This document shows positions 8,963 through 15,772 of a stretch of 64,000 nucleotides of DNA, piece by piece. The position numbers and the translations under genes are program-made. Source of the stretch: Chloroflexota bacterium (GTDB lineage: Bacteria; Chloroflexota; Anaerolineae; Anaerolineales; UBA4823); assembly GCA_032124675.1 (NCBI GenBank), contig JAQBDA010000196.1, forward strand, positions 207 to 64,206, written 5' to 3'. The notes beneath the pieces are model-generated. The model made no database searches, had not been told where the DNA came from, and saw only the letters and a list, made by a program, of their open reading frames with translations. The first letter of the stretch is position 1, and each line of letters opens with the position of its first letter.

Positions 8963-10185
8963 ACTTGCAGGATGATGAAATGAGAAGGGAATTCGATGAG
9001 CTGCTCGAGCCGCTGCGCCAGATGCCGCAGCTCAGTCAACATGGCCTGGCTGCCGGGCGAAAGGCTTTCCTGGCAAAAGCAGAAGTGCTCTCTGCAGAGA
9101 TTTCTCCGCCAGTACCCGTATCCGAAACGCCCTTTCGGCGTCTTAATGGGTGGATTTCAGGAATTATTAACCCATTTAGAAGAAAGGAGCGTGTTCGAAT
9201 GTTCAGCATACTGACAGCATTGGTAGTGGCGGTAGCAGTTGTGTTCGGCGGGGCAGGAGCCACCGCCTACGCTGCTCAGGAGAGCCTGCCTGACCAGGCA
9301 CTTTACCCTGTCAAGATCTATACAGAGGAGCTGCGCCTGAATCTGGCTGCAGACCCGGAGGGGCAGATTAACTTACTGCTCAATTTTGCCGACCAGCGCG
9401 TGGATGAGATAGCGGCATTGTTGTCGAAAGGCGAACCAGTATCTCAGGAGGTGCAGGAGCGCTTCCAGCAGCAGATGGAAAATACCCTGAAGGTCGCGGC
9501 CGGGCTTGACGATGAAAATATGGTCAAGTACATGGCGATGATCCAGCTCAGGGCGTACCAGCAGCTGCGGATCATGGAGCAGGTGCAGCTCAAGAACCCG
9601 GGTCAGGGTGTTATGACTCAGCATCGTGTGCAAGCGGTTATCCGCGAACAACTGGGGCTGCTAATGCTGGGTCTACAGGACCCCCAGGAGTTCAAGCATC
9701 AGTTTCAGCACGGGTTCCAGCACCAGATTCAGTATCACCAGGGTATATCGGGCACGATCACTGGCACTCTGCCTGTGACCGGGACGTTTGGCACCCAGAA
9801 CCAGTTCCAGTATCAGCATCAATTCCAAAACCACTTTGGTATATCAGGCACGATCACCGGAACGGTTCCAATTACGGATACACCCGGGATGCAGTATGGT
9901 CCATACGGTCCTGCTGGAGACCATTATCAGCCCGGTCCGGATGCAGGCCCAGGAGCTGGCCCCGGACCTGGTGGGGAGGATGGTGGCTCCGAGACACCTC
10001 CTGATCCGGGTTCTGGTGGCGACAATGGGAATAGCAGTGGACCAACCAACGTCCGGGATGACCACCACTCCAGTGACAATGATAATGGCGGCAGTTCTGA
10101 TAATGGAGGCGGCTCAGACAATGGTGGCAGCTCTGGTGGCGACAACGGAGGTGGCAATGGAGGTGGCAACGGAGGCGGAAACTAA
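8959..10185 (+). CDS. Putative anti-sigma/membrane partner with DUF5667-like domain and Gly/Asn/Ser/Asp low-complexity tail
   Basis: One TM (MFSILTALVVAVAVVFGGAG), then LPDQALYPVKIYTEELRLNLAADPEGQINLLLNFADQRVDEIAALL. Tail: GGSSDNGGGSDNGGSSGGDNGGGNGGGNGGGN. Translationally coupled to the sigma gene. Confidence 0.65.
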   Translation: MNLQDDEMRREFDELLEPLRQMPQLSQHGLAAGRKAFLAKAEVLSAEISPPVPVSETPFRRLNGWISGIINPFRRKERVRMFSILTALVVAVAVVFGGAGATAYAAQESLPDQALYPVKIYTEELRLNLAADPEGQINLLLNFADQRVDEIAALLSKGEPVSQEVQERFQQQMENTLKVAAGLDDENMVKYMAMIQLRAYQQLRIMEQVQLKNPGQGVMTQHRVQAVIREQLGLLMLGLQDPQEFKHQFQHGFQHQIQYHQGISGTITGTLPVTGTFGTQNQFQYQHQFQNHFGISGTITGTVPITDTPGMQYGPYGPAGDHYQPGPDAGPGAGPGPGGEDGGSETPPDPGSGGDNGNSSGPTNVRDDHHSSDNDNGGSSDNGGGSDNGGSSGGDNGGGNGGGNGGGN

Positions 10186-10217
10186 TTTAGCCCCCTGCAC
10201 ATAAAATTCTGTTACCA

Positions 10218-10250
10218 ACAGGCAGGTCGTAAAAGACCTGCCTGTTTTTC
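10218..10250 (+). terminator. Intrinsic terminator after sigma/anti-sigma pair 1
   Basis: ACAGGCAGGTC-gtaaaa-GACCTGCCTGT followed by TTTTT. An 11-bp perfect stem. Confidence 0.75.
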
Positions 10251-10384
10251 TGTACTAACCTTCCAATTATGAAAAGTTCGATCCTGTAAGGGATTCGATC
10301 TGGATTGTTTGATATCATTGCTAGCGCGTGTATCATCGTGATAACCCAGTGAAAATTTGTTATGATACGTCAAGAAGGTAATTT

Positions 10385-10984
10385 TTGATGTCCAATTCGC
10401 CTGGTGTTGAAGATCATCAGGATCTTGAAGATCTCCAACGCATTGAAGACCGTCAGTGGCTGAGTTCAGCTAAGGACGGGGATGCCGAGGCGTTTGGCAG
10501 GCTGTACGAGCGGTACGCCGACCGGGTGTTCCGCTACCTGTTCTCGCATCTGGATAACCGCCTGGATGCCGAGGACATCACTGAAGACGTCTTCTTGAGG
10601 GTATGGAGATCGTTGCCCAACTACCGCGAGCAGGGCGTGCCGTTCCTGGCGTTCCTGTTTCGCATCGCGCGCAATGCCCTGATCGATCACTACCGGCGCT
10701 CGAACCCGGTTAAGGGGCAGGTGTCGATCGATGATATGTCACTGCGTGATAACCGTCCCGGGCCTGGGGAATCGGCATTATCCAGTCTGGAACGTGAAGA
10801 GCTGCGCGCCTCATTGGAGCAGCTGCGCGATGATTACCGGACTGTGCTGGTCCTGCGATTTTTGAGCGAACTATCACCACACGAGACGGCGGAGGTCATG
10901 GGGCGCACGCCAGGAGCGGTTCGGGTGCTGCAGCACCGGGCGCTGGCCTCGCTGCGGACGATGCTTGACGGGAGTCTCAGGTAA
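10385..10984 (+). CDS. ECF-type sigma factor (pair 2)
   Basis: AEDITEDVFLRVWRSLPNYREQGVPFLAFLFRIARNALIDHYRR and LSPHETAEVMGRTPGAVRVLQHRALASLR. About 80% identical to 12600..13214 by my alignment. Confidence 0.85.
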   Translation: MMSNSPGVEDHQDLEDLQRIEDRQWLSSAKDGDAEAFGRLYERYADRVFRYLFSHLDNRLDAEDITEDVFLRVWRSLPNYREQGVPFLAFLFRIARNALIDHYRRSNPVKGQVSIDDMSLRDNRPGPGESALSSLEREELRASLEQLRDDYRTVLVLRFLSELSPHETAEVMGRTPGAVRVLQHRALASLRTMLDGSLR

Positions 10985-10986
10985 TC

Positions 10987-12357
10987 ATGTCTGCGCACAA
11001 TGAAGACTTCGAACTGATCCTGCAGCATAGCCTGGAGAAGATCCAGAGCGGGCAGGCGACGCTGGAAGGGGTGCTCGAACAGCATCCTGACCTGGCGGAC
11101 GAGCTGCGCCCGCTACTGGAGACTGCGCTGTGGTTCCGCATGCGCAAGGCAACCGTGGACCCGCGGCCGGGATTTGTGGCGGCCTCACAGCGGCGTCTGG
11201 TGGAGCAGATCAAGCAGGAGCAGGCAGCCAGGTCTGAGCCTTTGTATTTAGGCGGGGTGAGTGTAATTAAGCAGTTCTTCGAGGGACTGACCGCCCGGCG
11301 ATTGGCGTTCCAGATGGCGGTGGTCATTATACTGGCGGCTGGGTTGGTGGCAGGGGGGGCCGGGGTAGGACGAATGGCGAGCTCTGCACTGCCAGGAGAG
11401 CCATTATACGGGGTGAAGATCGCAATGGAAGATGCCAGTCTGGCGCTTCAGGGGGACCATGCGGCCAGAGCGGAGCTGCACATGCGCTACGCACAGCGGC
11501 GGCTGGATGAGATCCGGGCTTTGGCAGCTGAGAACCGGCTGGATGAGATTGCAGATGCGGTGGTGATGTACGAGGAGCACATCAACCAGGCGATCCGGTA
11601 TATGCTCGCCGTAAAGGGCTTGGACCAGGGACGGGCGAACGAGCTGGCATTAAGCTTGCATGCCATGCTGGTAAGGAATATCAGCCTGCTCCAGCAGTTG
11701 GCAGGGACGTCTTCAGAGGGAGTTGGAGAACAGATCGAGCGTGTGCTGCTGGTATCGGCGGGGATTGTCGATCTGTTGGGGAACAGCGTGGCAGATATCC
11801 CATTGCCGCCGATCTTCACCGCCACACCGACCTCCGTGCCCTCCACGGAGCCTGGGAATACGCCAGCTGCCCTAGATCCCACACCGATCCCGGCCGCGAC
11901 GGGTACACCTCTCCCGCCTCCTGCTCCTACTCGGGCAGCCTCGCCAACTACCCCGGCGACTGCAGCCTGGAGTGCGACACCGACGGAGCGGGTGATCCTG
12001 ACGCCGGTTCCTTCAGCGAGCTCAACACCGAAGCGCAAGCCAGACCGCCAGCCGACGGCAACGATGCCTGTAGTGAATACTCAGGTGCCCACCCATACTC
12101 CACCACCTAGCGCAACGATGACATCCACGGCGCAGCCCTCCCAGACATTGACTGCGTCTGCCAGCCCGACAGCTTCACCAAGCCACACCCCGACGGTTAC
12201 AACCACGCCAACCTACACCAGCACGGCTACCACTGTCCCTTCCCCGACATCGTCGCCGACATCGTCGCCGACCGATACTCCGACCGCGACCCAGATCACG
12301 CCCGAGCCCATCGAGACCCCTACGCCGCTGCCTCCTCCTCCGGGCTCCCTTCCATAA
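10987..12357 (+). CDS. DUF5667-like membrane partner of sigma 2, Pro/Thr/Ser-rich C-terminus
   Basis: Starts 2 nt after the sigma stop. TM segment, LPGEPLYGVKIAMEDASLAL...RYAQRRLDEIRAL, then a ~170-aa PT-rich tail. Confidence 0.65.
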   Translation: MSAHNEDFELILQHSLEKIQSGQATLEGVLEQHPDLADELRPLLETALWFRMRKATVDPRPGFVAASQRRLVEQIKQEQAARSEPLYLGGVSVIKQFFEGLTARRLAFQMAVVIILAAGLVAGGAGVGRMASSALPGEPLYGVKIAMEDASLALQGDHAARAELHMRYAQRRLDEIRALAAENRLDEIADAVVMYEEHINQAIRYMLAVKGLDQGRANELALSLHAMLVRNISLLQQLAGTSSEGVGEQIERVLLVSAGIVDLLGNSVADIPLPPIFTATPTSVPSTEPGNTPAALDPTPIPAATGTPLPPPAPTRAASPTTPATAAWSATPTERVILTPVPSASSTPKRKPDRQPTATMPVVNTQVPTHTPPPSATMTSTAQPSQTLTASASPTASPSHTPTVTTTPTYTSTATTVPSPTSSPTSSPTDTPTATQITPEPIETPTPLPPPPGSLP

Positions 12358-12599
12358 GCCAACTATCCAATATGAATTCGGGATAAGGTAGTTCTGGGAT
12401 TCATACAACGCCGGAGCCGCCTGGACCATTCCATATTCTCCAAACTGCCCAACTTATATTATTATAGGAGTTACACAGTTCGGGAAAAATGCTCACTACC
12501 CTCCCTACCAACTGTGTAAGTCCTCTATTATTAAGGTTGGGTAAAGGCGATAATGAATTTCGTAACAATTTATGAAGGGGTTCGTTATTAAGGTTAGCG

Positions 12600-13214
12600 T
12601 TGATGTCTGAGTTTGATGAGGTCGGCGGTAATCTATCCGATGGCGACAATCAACTTGTTGACGACAATCAACCAGACGATGACCATCAACTGCTGTTGGC
12701 TGCAAAGGACGGTGATACCGAGGCTTTCGGGATATTATACGAGCGGTATGCCGACCGGATATTTCTTTATTTGTTTGGGCGTGTGAACAACCGCCTGGAT
12801 GCCGAGGATATCACTGAAGATGTCTTCTTGAGGGTCTGGAGATCGCTGCCCAACTACCGTGAGCAAGGGGTGCCATTTCTGGCATATCTGTTCAGCATAG
12901 CACGCAACGCCCTGATCGACCACTACCGGCGCTCAGGGCAGGTAAAAGGTCAGGTGTCCATCGATGATCTGTCGCTGCCGGATCACAGTCCAGGACCAGG
13001 GGAGTCAGCATTGTCTAATTCGGAGCGGGAGGAACTGAGGGCGAAGTTGGAGCAGCTGCGAGATGATTATAGGACCGTTCTGGAGCTGCGGTTCCTTGCT
13101 GGTCTCTCGCCGGATGAGACGGCGGAGGTCATGGGGCGCACTTCGGGAGCGATACGGGTGCTGCAGCACCGGGCGCTGGCAGCACTGCGAGTGGTACTTG
13201 AAGGAAGTCAATAG
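12600..13214 (+). CDS. ECF-type sigma factor (pair 3, paralog of pair 2)
   Basis: AEDITEDVFLRVWRSLPNYREQGVPFLAYLFSIARNALIDHYRR and LSPDETAEVMGRTSGAIRVLQHRALAALR. Acidic N-terminal extension. Confidence 0.85.
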   Translation: MMSEFDEVGGNLSDGDNQLVDDNQPDDDHQLLLAAKDGDTEAFGILYERYADRIFLYLFGRVNNRLDAEDITEDVFLRVWRSLPNYREQGVPFLAYLFSIARNALIDHYRRSGQVKGQVSIDDLSLPDHSPGPGESALSNSEREELRAKLEQLRDDYRTVLELRFLAGLSPDETAEVMGRTSGAIRVLQHRALAALRVVLEGSQ

Positions 13215-13222
13215 GTAGTTAT

Positions 13223-14413
13223 ATGTCTGCGCACAAGGGCGACATCGAGCTGATCCTGCAGGAGAGCCTGGAGCAGATCCAGAGCGGGCAGGCCACGCTG
13301 GAAGGGATTCTGGAACAGCATCCCAACCGGGCGGACGAGCTGCGCCCGCTGCTGGAGACTGCGCTATGGCTCCGGGTGCGCAGGGCGACGCTGGACCCGC
13401 GGCCTGGGTTTGTCAGGGCTTCTCGGCGGCGGGTGCTGGAGCAGGTCCGGCAGGAGCAGGCAGACAGGGCGGTGCCTGTCTACTCGCGCGGGGTTATCGC
13501 GCTCGGACAATTCTTCCAGGTGCTCACCACGCAGCGGCGGCTTGCATTCCAGTATGCAGTAGTCCTCGTGCTGGCTTTGGCGATGGTAGCAGGCAGCGCA
13601 GGGGTTGCACGGGGAGCGCAGAGTTCGCTGCCGGGAGACCCATTATACGGGGTGAAGATCGTAATGGAAAATGCCAGCCTGGCGCTGGCGGGCGACCAGG
13701 CGGAAAAGGTGGAGCTACACATCCGCTACGCACAGCGGCGGCTGGAGGAGATCCAGGCGCTGGTCGCCGCCAACCGGCAGGAAGAAATCCCTGGAGTGGT
13801 TGTGATGTACGAGGAGCACATCAACCAGGCGATCCGGCACATGATCGCTGTGCAGGGAACCGACCAGGAGCGGGCGAACCAGCTCGCGATCCGCCTGCAT
13901 GCGATGATGGAAAGGGATGTTGGGCTGTTCCAGCTTCTGGCAGAGACGGCCTCGGAGGGGGTTGGAGAGCAGATCGAGAGGGTGCTGCTGGTGTCGGCGG
14001 GTGTTGTGGATTTGCTAGAGGAAACCGTGGCAGATATCCCCCTGCCGGCGATTGCTATCTATACGCCAACCGTACTGCCTGCATCCCTGACCCCAATTGC
14101 TACCCAGGAAGAAGTCGCCATTGCGACCATTGCCCCAACCGCCACTGCGACTGCACTGCCATCGGCAATTCCCAGTATGGCAGCCACCACCCTGGTTGCA
14201 CCTGTAGCTGAGCTTACGGTTACGACTACCCCGACAGCAAAGCTTACGGTTGTCGCGGTTGAAGATGATGAAGATGTCAAACCGACCAAGACTCCCAAGC
14301 CAACAAAAACTCCCAAGCCGAAGAAAGACAAAGATAAAGACAAAGACAAAGACAAAGACAAAGACCTGCCTGTACCTACCCGCAGACCTGTTAAGCCACC
14401 CAATGACCGGTAA
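13223..14413 (+). CDS. DUF5667-like membrane partner of sigma 3, with a Lys/Asp repeat tail
   Basis: LPGDPLYGVKIVMENASLAL...RYAQRRLEEIQAL. Tail: PTKTPKPTKTPKPKKDKDKDKDKDKDKD. Confidence 0.65.
   Translation: MSAHKGDIELILQESLEQIQSGQATLEGILEQHPNRADELRPLLETALWLRVRRATLDPRPGFVRASRRRVLEQVRQEQADRAVPVYSRGVIALGQFFQVLTTQRRLAFQYAVVLVLALAMVAGSAGVARGAQSSLPGDPLYGVKIVMENASLALAGDQAEKVELHIRYAQRRLEEIQALVAANRQEEIPGVVVMYEEHINQAIRHMIAVQGTDQERANQLAIRLHAMMERDVGLFQLLAETASEGVGEQIERVLLVSAGVVDLLEETVADIPLPAIAIYTPTVLPASLTPIATQEEVAIATIAPTATATALPSAIPSMAATTLVAPVAELTVTTTPTAKLTVVAVEDDEDVKPTKTPKPTKTPKPKKDKDKDKDKDKDKDLPVPTRRPVKPPNDR
14324..14365 (+). repeat. Hexanucleotide microsatellite (AAAGAC/AAAGAT) x7 inside a CDS
   Basis: aaagac aaagat aaagac x5 read directly; encodes (KD)7. 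Confidence 0.9.
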
Positions 14414-14635
14414 TATCAGATTTGTTAGGTGATCGCAGCAATCAGAGAATGCCTTAGCAAGGGCGAAATGTTAAGACAAAATTAACGGCATTTTTACGCC
14501 TTTTTACAACAAACTGTAACAAAATAGGCATAGCTACGTTTATTGTGATGAGCGGCTACGCTGTTTTTTTGTGCTATTCATCACAATTTATTGTGTACAA
14601 ACAGGTAAAAAGGCAATAAATATTGATGAAAGCAG

Positions 14636-15754
14636 GTGGATATGGCAAGGATTGATTTATTCTTAAGACCAAAAAATAACCCACAGGAGAAGGCTCAGGG
14701 CATGGTTGAGTTTGCCCTGATATTGCCGCTTCTGCTGTTGGTGATTTTGGGGCTTATCGAAGCCGGCCGCCTGCTGTTCATCTATAGCGCGGTTTCCACT
14801 GCCAGCCGGGAGGCAGCCCGCTACGGGGCGGCTGCAGGAAATGTAGGTGGAAATATCCCGCATTTCAAGGATTGCACTGGCATTATGGCTTCCGCCATAC
14901 GTGTCGGCAGCCTGGTCACCGTTCAGCAAAATGACATAACCATTAATTATGATCATGGTCCGGACACTACGGTGTTTGCAACATCCTGCCCTGCACTTGA
15001 CCCGAATGCTGTTCATGGTGCAGATCGTATTATCGTTTCGGTAACAGCCCCTTATCAGCCTATCGTACCCCTGGTCAACCTGCCGGCATTTCCAATTTCT
15101 TCAACCACCTCTCGTACCATCATAAAGGATGTAACCATCGTGGGGACACCTCCAACGCCGTTCCCGACTAATACATCCACGCCTACAATCACGCCTACAC
15201 CGACCAATACCGCAACACCGACCAATACTGCCACGCCTACCAACACTGCGACAAACACACCCACTTCTACCAGTACACCCACAGCGACCCTTGGTCCATC
15301 AATGACACCCACTCTGACGAATACGCCCACCCCTACCAGCACGCCCACCCCTACTTATACTTATACACCTTCTCCGACTCCATCCTGCCCGCAGGGTTCT
15401 TTGATAGCGCAGGTTGACCCCAACAATAAGAAAATGCGCTGGACGGTGACCTATCCAGACTACAGTGTGCCGATCGGTGTGACCCAGATCTATGTGGAGT
15501 GGCCAACCACCGGCAACAACCCGCTGAAATCGATCACCTTCGTCGGCATCGATGAATCGCCTCCCTCAGGTCAATCCTGGCTGCCGCCATCTATAACACG
15601 CAACCCAGGTTGGCTCGGTACATTCAGCCAGGCGCAGGAAGACCTGACGCTGACCTTCAATGGCAAGATGTCTACCGGGGTCTACCATATCGAGTTGACC
15701 TTCGATCGCCCATATTGCCAGGTGATCAGCATCGACTATCCATTTATCCAGTGA
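14636..15754 (+). CDS. TadE-like pseudopilin with PT-repeat linker and a C-terminal domain of unknown function
   Basis: N-terminus AQGMVEFALILPLLLLVILGLIEAGRLLFIYSAVSTASREAARYGA is a TadE-type prepilin-like segment. (TPTNTA)x3 linker. GTG 14636 or ATG 14642 start. Confidence 0.75.
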   Translation: MDMARIDLFLRPKNNPQEKAQGMVEFALILPLLLLVILGLIEAGRLLFIYSAVSTASREAARYGAAAGNVGGNIPHFKDCTGIMASAIRVGSLVTVQQNDITINYDHGPDTTVFATSCPALDPNAVHGADRIIVSVTAPYQPIVPLVNLPAFPISSTTSRTIIKDVTIVGTPPTPFPTNTSTPTITPTPTNTATPTNTATPTNTATNTPTSTSTPTATLGPSMTPTLTNTPTPTSTPTPTYTYTPSPTPSCPQGSLIAQVDPNNKKMRWTVTYPDYSVPIGVTQIYVEWPTTGNNPLKSITFVGIDESPPSGQSWLPPSITRNPGWLGTFSQAQEDLTLTFNGKMSTGVYHIELTFDRPYCQVISIDYPFIQ

Positions 15755-15772
15755 TGCCAGTGGAGTAAACCC

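Larger units (their letters stand above)
10385..14413. repeat. Tandem duplication of a ~2 kb sigma / DUF5667 gene pair
   Basis: Units 10385-12357 and 12600-14413. Spot DNA alignments in both genes give roughly 85% identity. The C-terminal tails are unrelated. Confidence 0.75.

Noticed and set aside
10290-12402. Shared GGGATTC heptamer upstream of sigma genes 2 and 3 (10290-10296 and 12396-12402) as a possible ECF -35 element
   Set aside because: The distances to the start codons differ (95 vs 204 nt) and no common -10 follows. That is too weak to call an autoregulated ECF promoter.
13366-14211. 281-aa + strand alternative-frame ORF inside the third sigma partner
   Set aside because: Gly/Arg/Ala/Pro junk frame. 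The annotated frame is conserved with its paralog 10987..12357.
14281-14370. Short regularly spaced repeats considered as a possible CRISPR array
   Set aside because: The units are contiguous 6-nt microsatellite repeats inside a CDS, with no spacers. No CRISPR-like array or cas genes occur anywhere in the window.
10385-14413. Tandem duplicated unit considered as a mobile element
   Set aside because: No transposase, terminal inverted repeats or target-site duplications were seen. It is a simple tandem gene-pair duplication.
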